A stretch of DNA of 64,000 nucleotides from Heterodontus francisci (GCF_036365525.1 NC_090421.1:868001-932000); one strand, 5' to 3'. Shown: positions 24,956 through 38,711, counted from the first letter of the stretch. Notes: generated by a model from the letters alone, not told the origin. Translations and numbers: made by a program.

Positions 24956-26142
24956 GTACAGAGTTAATGTCAAATTAGTCTGCATGTGCTTTGCTTTACG
25001 CGTGCCCTGTGGTGTAAGCTGCACCCCATCCTTTACTGGGTAAGTCCCATCCTTCGACCGGTGCTCTGTGACAGTCACGCTGACATTCAATTCTGGTTTA
25101 GTTTTTTACTGACGGAGATGCACAGATCAGTAGGGCTATAGCTGCTGGGTCTTAAACCTTGTGCACTGCAGCTGACCTTCACCAGAAGCAGGGAAAGATG
25201 CAACAACACCGTGCATTTATAATAGCACCTTGTGCATAGTTCAGCATCCAAAGGCACTGCTTCACAGGGGCATTATCAAACAGAATGACACCGAGCCACA
25301 AAAGGAGATACCAGGATGGGTGGGTCACAGAGGTAGGTTCTGAGGTGGGGAGATGTCGGGACGGTATTCCAGTGCTCGGGGCCTAGACAGCTGCAGGCAC
25401 AGCCACCGGGTGGTAGAGCAGAGGGAGTGGGGGATGTACCGGGTGGTGGGGGTGGGGTGTGGAATTGGAAGGATGCAGAGATCTCCGAGGCTTGTCGGGG
25501 CTGGTAAGTGGTTACAGAGGCGAGCAGGGGTGGGGCCGTGGAGGGATTTGAAAGCGAGGGGGGAGAATTTTAAAATGGAGGCATTGTCAGACCGGGAGTC
25601 TATGTCGGTCAGCGTTCACAGCTGACCTGTCTTCTCAAGTTCCAGATCACCGTCCAACTACAGTCCAGGCAGTCCATTAGTATTCATAGACACTGAAAGC
25701 TGCACACTTGATTTCTTCCAACAAACCGGCAGGGTCTGTACGATGGTGCAGTGTTTGTTGCTGTGTTATAAGCTTCTGATGTTTCCCGGGGGGGGGGGGG
25801 GGGGGGTGATTCCACATACTACAGAGGCTTTTACTTTGGGTTGAGGTGACTGCAGTTTGCCAGTGTAGCAGCCACTGCTGGGCTTGAAGTGGAGGCAGGT
25901 AACGTACAGGTGTTGAATACCTGGTTAACTGTCCAAAACCCTGTAAAGTAAAAATTCGAGTTGATACCATTGGCATGCTTTGTCCTGATGCTCAGGGAAG
26001 GCATTTGAGGCCCTGAGCTAAAATCAGTTCACCCCCCTTCCCCACCCAGCCCCGAATCTAGCTGTGCGGTAGTGTGGAAACATTGTGTTCGGCGTGGGGT
26101 TTGAACGCGTTTTCCTGACCTCGCCTTTTGCCTCTTGGCCAG

Positions 26143-26274
26143 GGTATTCGTTTCCGTGGCTACAGCATACCAGAGTGCCAGAAGCTTTTGCCAAAGGCCC
26201 CCGGAGGAGAGGAGCCCCTTCCTGAAGGTCTGTTCTGGCTGCTGCTGACCGGAGATATCCCCACACAGGAGCAG
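26143..26274 (+). CDS. cs: Citrate synthase exon 5
   Basis: [44 protein letters not shown], 132 nt. Confidence 0.98.
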
Positions 26275-27705
26275 GTAATGAAGTTTGCCTCGAGTCTTGC
26301 CGTGCCGACTGGGGCGTCGGGCGCAACGATCACCGAGCGGTTTTTTAGCGTCGCTGTCGGCCTCGCCGCTTCCGAGCCAAGGAGCTCAAAGACGGCTTGT
26401 AAGAAACCGCGGTGCAAAAACAAAACAAGCAGCGGCAGGAGATCTTTATTGCAAGGCTGCACTCGTCACTGCCACTTCATAAAAGCTGCTAAATGCCTGC
26501 GCTTGCTTCCATTGCAAGCTTCATCCATCCACGTTTTCCAGTTCATTGTCGATACTCAGCAAAAATTTCTTGCACCAACTTAAAAACAAACGCAATCCCT
26601 GCAGCAACGGGCCGTGTGACGTCTGCCAACCTTACTGCGACCTTTTCCCTGCTCATCTGAGCTCCGCTAGCACGTTAACAATGATGATCAGTTTTTGTCC
26701 GTCCGGGCTGTGTCAGGGGGTTGGTCAGTTTAAGGGGAGTGTCTGTGTTGATTTGGTGGGGGCGACCTGGTACATGTGGGGCGGACCGAGGACCGGAGCA
26801 CGTGATGCCCCGTGTGGCTGCCAGCGGCTGACTGCCGGGGCAGGCGGTGCGGTGTTTATGGAGAACAAAAACAGCGGAAGGTGAGGGGAGCCCGACAACA
26901 AAGTTACGCTGGCTGGGGAGATTGTTTCCATCAGGGGCGTATGAGGTGATAGAATTGGTTAAATGTGGAAAAATGGCCGGGGGGTGGGGGTGGAGAGGGG
27001 GGCAAATATTTGACGCAACTTAGAATTTAAAAGCTGCTCCTTGTGCTAAGGACCAGAGATTGACTAGATTGGAATGAAAAAGTTTTCGAAAAGCGGTCAG
27101 CTGAATTAAAAGAATACACCGGCGTTGATTCTATCGACGAAGATGCTAACAGTCTGCGTACGTACCCTCGAGTTTCTACGCAGCCTTAACTCCAACGGAC
27201 GTGCCACCGCACAAACCTAGAGTCGAGGCAGGATGTTGCTTTGAAACTTGAATGCTAAATGAGGGCTTTCCAGTGGAGCAAGTCTGGTAGTTAGGAAGCT
27301 GCTTCCCTCGATAATAAATGCTGAAATTATAACGGGCACATTTCAAAGTAAGTGTTTATGCCTCAAATGATATTGAGCCTGTCAGATGTAAGCCTGCCTT
27401 TTCAACTCATTACGGTCCCCAATGAGCTTTTCATACTCTGACTATAAACAATTCACAAGCCCAGACTCTTGACCAAATTTGTATTTATATTCCAAGGCCT
27501 GTTTTTATACATTGATAGTTTTATGTAGCTTCTCCCGGACGAAGAGGTTTTGATTCTGTTAATGTCCTTTGGTGAAAGAATAACTAGAGATCCTGTATTT
27601 GAAGAGGTGCTGCTGCGATAAAGACACTAATTTGACTGCAGGTGTTTTGCGGGTTTCCACTGGTAAGAAGTGCGAGTGTGTTGTTTTATTTCTTTCTCCC
27701 CGCAG

Positions 27706-27894
27706 GTCGACTGGGTGTCCAAAGAATGGGCGAAGCGGGCCGCCCTGCCCTCGCATGTCGTCACCATGCTCGACAACTTCCCAAACAACCTGCACCCGAT
27801 GTCGCAGCTCAGCGCCGCTGTCACGGCACTCAATAGCGAGAGCAGCTTCGCCCGTGCCTACTCGGAGGGAGTCAGCAAGTCAAAGTACTGGGAG
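27706..27894 (+). CDS. cs: Citrate synthase exon 6
   Basis: [39 protein letters not shown]...KYWE, 189 nt. Confidence 0.98.
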
Positions 27895-28104
27895 GTGAGC
27901 TTGATTCTCCGCGGTTCTCCCCCCCCCACCGTCGCAGTAGCATACAGGCTTGGGAAGTGCAGGTGTCGAGCGATCTGGGAGAACAGACAAAGAATCAGGG
28001 TTATAAAGGTGGAGCTACAGCTGTCAAAGTGACAGAGCTTTACTGTACTGTACCAGTACAAAGGTGAGCAGCCTTGGGGAGGCTGCAGGGGCTGAGAAGG
28101 TGCC

Positions 28105-28495
28105 TATGGAGGTGGAGGGCCGACATGATGGAGGTTTACAAAGTTATAAGCGGTATGGACCGAGTGGATAGTCAGAAGCTTTTTCCCCAGGGTGGAAGAG
28201 TCAGTTACTAGGGGATGTGGGTTTAAGGTGCGAGGGGCAAAGCTTCGAGGGGATGTGCGAGGCAAGTTCTTTACACAGAGGGTGGTGAGTGCCTGGAACT
28301 TGCTGCCGGGGGAGGTGGTGGAAGCAGATACGATAACGACGTTTAAGAGGCATCTTGACAAATACATGAATGGGATGGGAATAGAGGGATACAGTCCCCG
28401 GAAGTGCAGAAGGTTTTAGTTCAGACAGGCATCAAGATCGGCGCAGGCTTGGAGGGCCGAATGGCCTGTTCCTGTGCTGTACCGTTCTTTGCTCT
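28105..28495 (+). mobile_element. CR1 LINE 3' fragment
   Basis: FFTQRVVSAWNLLPGEVVEADTITTFKRHLDKYM plus 3' UTR. Confidence 0.88.
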
Positions 28496-29389
28496 ATGGT
28501 AGTGTAGTGTGCACCTGGATTAATAATCCAGAGCACGAACGTTCAAGTCGCAGCTTTGGTAGTTTGAAAAATCTGTAAATTAAGAACTGCAGTCAGTAAA
28601 AGTGACTGTGAAGCTGTTTATTTGTTGTTAAAACCCGACCAGTTCTTGAATGTCCTTTTTCAAGGGTCGGAACCCTGCCATCTGTGCCCAGTCCGGGTCT
28701 GTACGTGACTCCAGACCACATCAAAGCGCGTGACCCTTGGCAAGCCACTTGGTCACGTCAAACCCGCGACGGGAAATCCACTGCCACGGGGTGATATGAA
28801 AACGAGGATGAGAACGCGTCTCTCCCACCACGTGTTTCGGGGGCAGGGTTTCTGCAAACAAACTTGCCAGAATATATCGAGTGATACTGCGCAGCTATCA
28901 ATAGCCACTGGCCCGCTGCGTATTCGGCAGTGGAGCCTGCATCACGGCAAGCAGGGCAGAGGTGGTGACAAACTAGTTGCAATATTTGGCACTAAGTCTG
29001 GTCACAGAGCTGTACTGTCCACACTTGTAACGCCGTCCAGGTTTTCCCTTTACTGGAGGAGGTTGAGTGTCTCTGTGCTACCCAGGGCCCAAAGAGCTAC
29101 TGCATTGTGTCACTGCAAACTTTAAAAAGTCAAAAGACAATTTTGAGAGCGTGTTTCAAAATCGGCAAGTGTTGGGCTGAAATGCCGTGCGATTTGTTGC
29201 TCCGGTCCAGGAAACCAATGGAAATAATTTTATTATAAAGTTTGCCCTCTAGTCGAGCCTGCGATCTGTTCCTGCGCCACTGCACAAACTGCTGTCTGCT
29301 GCCGGGGCTCCCCAGGACGTGGGCCTCCTGCCCTCGGCCCAGAGCTTGCCCGTGGTGTGCCGCAACGGGCCGACGCTTTATTGAGTGCC

Positions 29390-29685
29390 ACGCTGAGAGG
29401 GTGCTGCATTGTCGGAGACGCCGTCCCTTTTTGGGTGAGGTGCCGCCTGCCCATTTCCGTGGTGAATGTTTTTACGACCCGTGGCATTATTCAAAGAGGG
29501 CACGGGGAGGTGTCCTGGCCAATATTTCTCACTTGTTTTTAAAAAAAAAAAATAAAAATCTCCCTTTTGCTGTAGGGATCTTGTGTGCACTCCAACAGTG
29601 GCTACACTTTGAAGTAATTCACTGGCAGTGAAAAGTTTTGGGGCATCCTGGGGATGCGACTGATGCAATATAAATGCTTGTGATT
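29390..29685 (+). mobile_element. Deu-domain SINE
   Basis: gtgctgcattgtcggagacgccgtc...tgtcctggccaatattt...atataaatgc. Confidence 0.7.
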
Positions 29686-29786
29686 CCTTCCCCAATCCCC
29701 TCCCCTGTAGACCATGAGAAGATTGGGCATGACCCTTAACTTGATGAATGGTGGGCTAACTCTCTCTCTCTCTCTCTCTCCCGTAG

Positions 29787-29986
29787 TTTATTTATGATGA
29801 TTCAATGGATCTGATCGCTAAGCTGCCCTGTGTGGCGTCGAAGATCTACCGGAACCTGTACAGGGAGGGCAGCAGTATTGGGGCCATTGACCCCAACCTC
29901 GACTGGTCCCACAACTTCACCAACATGCTGGGCTACACGGAACCTGAGTTCACGGAGCTGATGAGACTTTACCTTACGATCCACAG
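29787..29986 (+). CDS. cs: Citrate synthase exon 7
   Basis: [28 protein letters not shown]...RLYLTIH(S), 200 nt, phase-2 end. Confidence 0.98.
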
Positions 29987-30507
29987 GTCAGCATCTCCTT
30001 CCGTGTTTCAGCCTCACCACCCCACCCCCACAAGATCTCCCGGTGTTTTGTAAGCAGGTTGCCCGTCCCCTGTTGGAGGGTTGGGAAAGCTTCACTCGTC
30101 TCGGTATTTGCTTTTATGTAGAGTTGCTTTGAAATTGACCAGCACGGGAACAAGCCACTCGGCCCACCTGCCCCGTGCCGGTGTTTCTGCTCCACGTGAG
30201 CCTCCTCCCACCCCCTACTTCATCTCTTACCCCCCTCACCCCTGTCACCATATCCTTCTGTTCCTTTCTCCCTCATGGTTGGCCTTTATTAAGAGTGAAG
30301 AGGATTTGAGTATGAGAGTAAAGATGCCTTCCTGCAATTATATAGAGCCTTGGTGAGATCGCACCTGGAGTATTGTGCACGGTTTTGGGCTCCTTACCCA
30401 AGGAAAGATATACATGACATAGAGGAAGTGCAATGAAGATTCACCAATTCCTGGGATGGAGGGATTGTCCTATGAGGAAAGATTAAATAGACTGGGTCTT
30501 TATTCTC

Positions 30508-31470
30508 TAGGCCCAACCATCTTCAGCTGTTTCATCAATGACCTTCCCTCCATCATAAGGTCAGAAGTGGGGATGTTCGCTGCTGATTGCACAATGTTCA
30601 GCACCATTCGCAAACTCCTCAGATAATGAAGCAGTCCTTGTAGAAATGCAGCAAGACCTGGATAACATCCAGGCTTGGGCTGATAAGTGGCAAGTAACAT
30701 TCACGCCACACAAGTGCCAGGCAATGACCATCTCCAACAAGAGAGAATCTAACCATCTCCCCTTGACGTTCAATGGCATTACCATTGCTGAATCCCCCAC
30801 TATCAACATCCTATGGGTTACCATTGACCAGAAACTGAACTGGAGTAGCCATATAAATACCGTGATTACAAGAGCAGGTCAGAGGCTAGGAATCCTGAGG
30901 CGAGTAACTCACCTCCTGACTCTCTAAAGCCTGTCCACCATCTACAAGGCACAAGTCAGGAGTGTGATGGAATACTCTCCACTTGCCTGGATGGGTGCAG
31001 CTCCAACAACACTCAAGAAGCTCGACACCATCCAGGACAAAGCAGCCCGCTTGATTGGCACCCCATCTACAAACATTCGCTCCCTCCACCACCGACACAC
31101 AGTGGCAGCAGTGTGTACCATCTACAAGATGCACTGCAGCAACTCACCAAGGCTCCTTCGACAGCACCTTCCAAACCTGTGACCTCTACCAACTAGAAGG
31201 ACAAAGGCAGCAGTTGCATGGGGACACCACCACCTGCAAGTTCCCCTCCAAGTCTCACAGCATCCTGACTTGGAACTATATCGGCCGTTCCTTCACAGTC
31301 GCTGGGTCAAAATCCTGGAACTCCCTTCCTAACAGCACTGTGGGTGTACCAACCTCACGTGGACAGCAACGGTTCAAGAAGGCAGCTCACCACCACCTTC
31401 TCAAGGGGCAATTAGGGATGGGAAATAAATGCTGGCCTGGCCAGTGACGCCCACATCCCCTGAACAAATA
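30508..31470 (+). mobile_element. CR1-group LINE 3' portion (second family), adjacent to another CR1 fragment at 30275-30507
   Basis: MQQDLDNIQAWADKWQVTF...MEYSPLAW; near-identical to the 3' part of 58360-60005. Confidence 0.88.
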
Positions 31471-31763
31471 TTGGAGGGAGGGATCGCCACAGAGAGGCGA
31501 GGGTGAGGGAGGTGGGATGACCGGTGAGGGCCGAGGGTGAGGGCGGCGTGACTGCTGGAGAGGGACGAGGACCGGGGCAGAGGGATTGCTGGAGAGAGGG
31601 ACGGGGATCGTTGGATTCCGATCAGGACTCCAGTCTGTTTAAGGAGACTGGATTGGAGAGATTTACACAGTTGTGCCGCACTTGTTTAGAACCATCGCCG
31701 GATCTGTTTTAATTGCCTTCTAATATTGACACGTACTTTCTTTTCATTCACGCTTTGCGACAG

Positions 31764-31893
31764 TGATCACGAGGGTGGTAATGTCAGTGCTCACACCAGT
31801 CACCTCGTGGGCAGTGCTCTCTCTGACCCTTACCTCTGCTTTGGGGCTGCAATGAATGGCCTGGCTGGGCCTCTTCATGGACTTGCAAATCAG
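31764..31893 (+). CDS. cs: Citrate synthase exon 8
   Basis: [43 protein letters not shown], contains the catalytic His of GPLHG; 130 nt. Confidence 0.98.
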
Positions 31894-32894
31894 GTACGGT
31901 GCTGGCTGGACCTTGAGCATTAATATGGTGTCGCCGTTATCCCCACATGCCTGCTTGGTGTCTGCGAATTTAAAAGCCTCCTTACGTTCTTGCGGAAAGG
32001 TTTTAAAGCTACAGTTTGAGACGGGGCCCGGAAGCCGGATTTGGGGAGCAGAGTTTCACTGGGTGCTGTGGGCTCTGTGAAATGCGAGGCTGGTACCCTT
32101 GCACCTTCGCCCCTTTTGGTTTCTGAGGCCTGGTCCCACTCCCCTGTCGGAGAGTGACCAGGGCGGAGGTGCGGCTCCAAGTCTGCACCTCTGTGTGCAG
32201 TCCGCGTTTTTGGCTTCGACCCGGTTTACAGCGGTTAAAGTTGTGGCGGACCGTCGGAATCCAAATCCCCTATCGTTAAAGGTTACACAAAGCAAGCTGA
32301 CTTCGATGTGTGTGAATCACAGACGTGCCAGTGCGGGTGGGGGAGCTTTGCTGATTGACCCGAATAGTTCACCCTACAAGCTCTCCCTGCGCAATGTGGC
32401 TCGATTTGATTCTCGGGCACGCGTACAATGCTGTAAATGTAATCAGAGCCCCTCAGATAGCAGGCCGCCCCCGATAATGTTCCTGGAGTGGTTTATTTTT
32501 CAGATTCCCGGTGCTGAGGGCACACAGATACCGATTCACACTGACGAATAGCGGTTGTAACGCTTGGTAATGACGAGTTTGTTGAGACTGAAATAAATAC
32601 ATTAACTGGGCAAAGGCCCATATTACTGTAAGACACTTGGGCCCCATCTCCAAGCACGAAGTGAGAGAACTGACACAACACAGGTGGAGGTTGCTCATCC
32701 CCACCACCCCCCCCCCCCCACCTCCCCAGCGTCTGTGCCGGCTTCTCTCGAGCTTGGAGGAGTTGGTGGTCCCATGTGCCCACTGCCCTTGACTTCCAGG
32801 AGGAGGTGATGGCGGGTTTGGGAGGGACCGGTCTTGCTGTAGAGGTTTGATGCAAGGTTCACACACTGACTGCCATGCGTTCTCTTGTGCACAG

Positions 32895-32996
32895 GAGGTT
32901 CTGACCTGGCTGACAAACCTGCAGGCCGAGCTGGGCGGTGAGGTGTCGGACGAGAAACTGCGGGACTTCATTTGGAACACGCTGAATTCTGGCAGG
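32895..32996 (+). CDS. cs: Citrate synthase exon 9
   Basis: [34 protein letters not shown], 102 nt. Confidence 0.97.
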
Positions 32997-33571
32997 GTGA
33001 GTTGAGGCCACATAATCAGTTTCTAAATGTTAAAGACTGCCCCTCAGGCAGGGCGGCACTTCCTCGGCGCTGCCCACCCTGGAGTGTTGACCCATATTAC
33101 AAGCTCGAGTCTCTGGAGCGGGGGTTTCGATTCCACAGCCTTCTGACTCGGAGGTGCTTGTGCCAACCCCCTGAGACACGGCTGACTTCAGTGAGTAAGG
33201 CCCTGGTGCCGGGGAATAAGAAACTCTCAAACTGTAAAGGTGGTTCAGTGTTGAGCTGCTGCCGTTCGAAAGCACGTGCTAGGTTAACAATTTCTGCAGC
33301 CCAATTCTCTCCTGAAGTGTCTTCCCACCCCAGCCTTTCACGGTCAGTGCTCCCCATTCAGCTGTCCCACCGAGCAGCAGTTTTTCCGAGGAGCTTGGAC
33401 GGTGGAATGGATGTGCCTGAACCCGAGTTTTGGTCCCACCCTTAGCGCACAGTTGGAATCCCTGGAGCAGGGGCTTTGCGCAGAGCAGCTGGGATGCTGG
33501 GTCCCCTCTGGCTGGCTGTCTCCTCCCCCTCCGCTTCATAAATTTGTTGAAATGTTCCCTCCCTCCTTCAG

Positions 33572-33781
33572 GTGGTTCCCGGTTACGGTCACGCTGTCCT
33601 CCGCAAGACGGACCCCCGCTATATCTGCCAGAGGGAATTTGCCCTCAAACACCTGCCTGAAGACCCCTTGTTCAAGCTGGTGGCACAACTCTACAAGATT
33701 GTACCCGGGGTCCTCCTGGACCAGGGTAAGGCAAAGAATCCCTGGCCAAACGTGGACGCACACAGCGGAGTCCTGCTGCAG
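33572..33781 (+). CDS. cs: Citrate synthase exon 10
   Basis: [16 protein letters not shown]...[14 protein letters not shown] with catalytic His (GYGH) and Asp (NVD); 210 nt. Confidence 0.98.
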
Positions 33782-34795
33782 GTGGGTATCCCGAGGGAAC
33801 GCCGTGACTGACACAGCGGAGTGCTGCTGCGGGGTGGGTATCCCGAGGGAACGCCGTGACTGACACAGCGGAGTGCTGCTGCGGGGTGGGTATCCCGAGG
33901 GAACGCAGTGACTGACGCAGCGGAGTCCTGCTACAGGGTGGGTATCCCGAGGGAACACAGTGACACAGCGGAGTCCTGCTACAGGGTGGGTATCCCGAGG
34001 GAACGCAGTGACTGACACAGCGGAGTCCTGCTACAGGGTGGGTATCCCGAGGGAACACAGTGACACAGCGGAGTGCTGCTGCAGGGTGGGTATCCCGAGG
34101 GAAAGCTGTGACCGACACAGCGGAGTGCTACTACAGGGTGGGTATCCCGAGGGAAAGCTGTGACTGACACAGCGGAGTGCTGCTGCAGGGTGGGTATCCC
34201 GAGGGAACGCAGTGACTGACACAGCGGAGTGCTGCTGCAGGGTGGGTATCCCGAGGGAACACAGTGACTGACACAGCGGAGTGCTACTACAGGGTGGGTG
34301 CCCCGAGGGAAAGCTGTGCCTGACACAGCGCAGTGCTGCTGCAGGGTGGGTATCCCGAGGGAACGCAGTGACTGACTGAGCAGAGTCCTGCTGCAGGGTG
34401 GGTATCCCGAGGGAACGCACTGACTGACACAGCGGAGTGCTGCTGCAGGGTGGGTGTCCTGAGGGAACGCAGTGACTGACTCAGCAGAGTCCTGCTGCAG
34501 GGTGGGTATCCCGAGGGAACGCCGTGACTGACACAGCGCAGTGCTGCTACTACAGGGTGGGTATCCCGAGGGAAAGCTGTGACTGACACAGCGGAGTCCT
34601 GCTGCAGGGTGGGTATCCCGAGGGAACGCAGTGACTGACACAGCGGAGTGCTACTACAGGGTGGGTATCCCGAGGGAACGCAGTGACTGACACAGCGGAG
34701 TCCTGCTACAGGGTGGGTATCCCGAGGGAATGCCGTGACTGACACAGCGGAGTGCTGCTGCAGAGTGGGTATCCCGAGGGAACGCCGTGACTGAC
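33761..34795 (+). repeat. ~52-bp minisatellite (~20 copies) seeded on the cs exon 10 / intron 10 junction
   Basis: Unit cacagcggagtcctgctgcag(g)gtgggtatcccgagggaacgccgtgactga; first copy overlaps the last 21 coding nt of exon 10. Confidence 0.95.
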
Positions 34796-34906
34796 GCAAA
34801 GTTATGGAGAAGTATCTCTCTCTCTCGCAGGGACACAGCAGCAATCCATTGCACTCCACTCTCTTTAGTACTGGTGACCTGTTTTCTTGCGCAATTCACA
34901 CTCCAA

Positions 34907-36540
34907 ACCCACTGGACTGTGTCTCTGATTATAAACCCCCTCTCCCTGTACCCCACCCCACTGGACAGTGTCTGATTATAAACCCCCTCTCCCTATACCC
35001 ACCCCACTGGACTGTGTCTCTGATTATAAACCCCCTCTCCCTGTACCCACCCCACTGGACTGTGTCTGATTATAAACCCCCTCTCCCTGTACCCCACCCC
35101 GCTGGACTGTGTCTCTGATTATAAACCCCCTCTCCCTGTACCCACCCCACTGGACTGTGTCTCTGATTATAAACCCCCCTCTCCCTGTACCCACCCCACT
35201 GGACTGTGTCTGATTATAAACCCCCTCTCCCTGTACCCACCCCGCTGGACTGTGTCTGATTATAAACCCCCTCTCCCTGTACCCACCCCACTGGACTGTG
35301 TCTGATTATAAACCCCCTCTCCCTGTACCCACCCCACTGGACTGTGTCTGATTATAAACCCCCTCTCCCTGTACCCACCCCACTGGACTGTGTCTGATTA
35401 TAAACCCCCTCTCCCTGTACCCCACCCCACTGGACTGTGTCTGTGATTATAAACCCCCTCTCCCTGTACCCACCCCGCTGGTCTGTGTCTCTGATTATAA
35501 ACCCCCTCTCCCTGTACCCACCCCACTGGACTGTGTCTGATTATAAACCCCCTCTCCCTGTACCCACCCCACTGGACTGTGTCTCTGATTATAAACCCCC
35601 TCTCCCTGTACCCCACCCCACTGGACTGTGTCTGATTATAAACCCCCTCTCCCTATACCCACCCCACTGGACTGTGTCTCTGATTATAAACCCCCTCTCC
35701 CTGTACCCCACCCCGCTGGACTGTGTCTCTGATTATAAACCCCCTCTCCCTGTACCCACCCCACTGGACTGTGTCTCTGATTATAAACCCCCTCTCCCTG
35801 TACCCCACCCCGCTGGACTGTGTCTCTGATTATAAACCCCCTCTCCCTGTACCCACCCCACTGGACTGTGTCTGATTATAGACCCCCTCTCCCTGTACCC
35901 ACCCCACTGGACTGTGTCTCTGATTATAAACCCCCTCTCCCTGTACCCACCCCGCTGGACTGTGTCTCTGATTATAAACCCCCTCTCCCTGTACCCCACC
36001 CCGCTGGACTGTGTCTCTGATTATAAACCCCCTCTCCCTGTACCCACCCCGCTGGACTGTGTCTCTGATTATAAACCCCCTCTCCCTGTACCCCACCCCG
36101 CTGGACTGTGTCTCTGATTATAAACCCCCTCTCCCTGTACCCCACCCCGCTGGACTGTGTCTCTGATTATAAACCCCCTCTCCCTGTACCCACCCCACTG
36201 GACTGTGTCTGATTATAAACCCCCTCTCCCTGTACCCCACCCCGCTGGACTGTGTCTCTGATTATAAACCCCCTCTCCCTGTACCCACCCCGCTGGACTG
36301 TGTCTGATTATAAACCCCCTCTCCCTGTACCCCACCCCGCTGGACTGTGTCTCTGATTATAAACCCCCTCTCCCTGTACCCACCCCGCTGGACTGTGTCT
36401 CTGATTATAAACCCCCTCTCCCTGTACCCACCCCACTGGACTGTGTCTGATTATAAACCCCCTCTCCCTGTACCCACCCCGCTGGACTGTGTCTGATTAA
36501 AAACCCCCTCTCCCTGTACCCCACCCCGCTGGACTGTCTG
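34907..36540. repeat. 46-49-bp minisatellite (~34 copies) in cs intron 10
   Basis: Unit cccactggactgtgtctctgattataaaccccctctccctgtaccccac. Confidence 0.95.
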
Positions 36541-36757
36541 ACTTTTAAATCCCTGGTGTGATTTTACTGCTTCTGGAGGAATGCGGTCCAAGACTTTCAG
36601 CTGAGGTTGTTGGTGCAGTCCCCGTTCCTGAGGCTTGTCACTGCTATCTGGTAGTGGTAGCAGCTGCCGCAGCCTGTCCCTTGCTCACACCCGCTGTATG
36701 TACCTGTTCAGGACGATGTGTGTATTTCAATAATTAGTGCTACTCTTTAACGACAGT

Positions 36758-36798
<41 letters not shown>

Positions 36799-36799
<1 letters not shown>

Positions 36800-36969
36800 A
36801 TTATGGAATGAAGGAGATGAACTACTACACAGTGTTGTTTGGGGTGTCGAGATCACTCGGAGTCCTCTCTCAGTTGATCTGGAGCAGGGCCCTCGGCTTC
36901 CCCCTGGAGAGACCCAAGTCCATGAGTACCGACGGCCTGATACAGCTGGTGGACGCCAAGTCTGGGTAA
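36799..36969 (+). CDS. cs: Citrate synthase exon 11 (terminal coding exon)
   Basis: [56 protein letters not shown] then TAA. Confidence 0.98.
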
Positions 36970-37420
36970 ACCCCTGTCCAAAAACGCCCCCGACATCAGG
37001 GAGCCGGCACTCACGGCAACCCCAGTGCACACGCCAGCTCTTAGGCTAAACCTGCTATTAAACCCACTCTTCACAGGATAACCTGACGGATGAGATTTTT
37101 TTTTCACTGGGTTGGGGAGAGGAGCAAAAGAGAGACGGGGGGGAAGAAAAGATTAACAGTTTTCAGCAGAGTGAAGAGGGCTTAATTTAATTATTGATAC
37201 ATTTTTTTTTTTAAATGTACGTGCTGTTTGTCTTGTCCCGCAGTTTGGATAGGCAGACACGCATGGGCGTACACACTCCTTAGAAAATGTAAGTGACAAG
37301 GTGGGCAGTCCTCTGGTTGCAGACCGCCTCTCCGCGAGGGTAGTAGAGAGCTGTAAAACTTATTTGTGTAAATGTACTGATCATGTCTCATGCCTCAGGT
37401 TGTTCTGAATCTAAGACGGA

Positions 37421-37426
37421 AATAAA
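37421..37426 (+). terminator. cs: Candidate cs polyadenylation signal
   Basis: AATAAA ~450 nt after the stop, followed by T/GT-rich sequence. Confidence 0.6.
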
Positions 37427-37639
37427 TGTTTTTATTACTGTGTCTGCTTGAAAGGCCTGGTTACTCGCGTGCCAAGTCCGAGGTGTCCTGTTCTTTTTCC
37501 CCCCCCCCCCCCCTCTGCCCCGGTGAACCCCCTAACCTTCTGTCACTGGGGAAGCATTTGGCAGCGGGAATCCTGGGCAGCACTACAGGGGATGGATCAG
37601 GAGGCTCAATCTGACCATGTATTCAGGATGTCTAAACAG

Positions 37640-38010
37640 TCCCAGTGAAGTGTTTGAGGGGGTTTGATAGGGTAGTGGCTGAGACTGTTTTCTCCCTGGC
37701 TGGAGAGGCCAGAACTTGGGGCGGGGGTCACAGTCTCAGGATAAGGGGTCGGCCGTTTAGAACTGAGATGAGGGGAAATATCTTCACTCAGAGGGTGGTG
37801 AATCTTTGGAATTCGATACCCCCAGAGGGCTGTGGATTGCTGTCGTTGAGTATATTCCAGACGGAGATCGATAGATTTTTGGGACACTGAGGGAATCGAG
37901 GGGTAGGGCGGGGAAGCAGAGTCGAGATAGTGGATCGGCCGTGATCGTACTGAATGGCGGAGCAGGCTCGAGGGGCCGAATGGCCTCCTGCTCCTGTTTT
38001 TTTTTGTGTG
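37640..38010 (+). mobile_element. CR1 LINE 3' fragment
   Basis: HSLRIRGRPFRTEMRGNIFTQRVVNLWNS plus 3' UTR. Confidence 0.85.
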
Positions 38011-38711
38011 TACTGATCGAGCTGTTGGTTTTGTTGATAGCTGGGTTACGTGTCGTGTTGGTCCATGGCCTAGAACCAGCTGGCGCTGGGCTCTGCGTGC
38101 TACCTGAATGTCACTCGGAGAGCTGAGAGTCTCAGTCCCAGCTTGATGGGTGACCCAGCACCAAGGCTCCCTTCCCTGTTACTGGACCTGTCTCCCGAGC
38201 AGGGATTCCCTGCCTCTTCAGGTGGGATGCAATTGAGAATGAAAGAAGGTCACAGATTTGAAATCATTGGCTAAAGATCTAGAGGGGAGCTGTGCAGAAA
38301 TGTTTTCCCAGAGAGTTGCTGGGGTCTGGAAAGATCCACCTGCAAAGCTGGTGGGCGAACAGCAAGGGCATGACATTAAGCAGGACTGCTCTTTCAAAGA
38401 ACCAGCACAGGCACCAAGGGCCGAATGGCTGCCTCCTGTACTGTTGGTTTCTATGGTCGTGTCTCTCAAACAACTTCTCCCAATTACTGTTTGCAATGCA
38501 GGGACTTAATTAACATAGGTAAACAGATTGACACAGCACAGGAGGTGGCCATTCAGCCCACTGTACCTGTACTAGCTTTTTCAAAGAGCTATCTGCTACT
38601 CTTTTGAAAGTAGAGAACCTGTACCCACCGCTGTTTCAGGCAGTGCATGACAAACCACGTGCCATTCAGCCCATGGTACCAAGAATCCCAGACGAATCTC
38701 ACTGTGCTGTA

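Noticed and set aside
33761-36540. Possible CRISPR array or extra cs coding exons
   Set aside because: No spacers; an in-frame TGA follows exon 10, and exon 10 joined to exon 11 already gives a complete CS.
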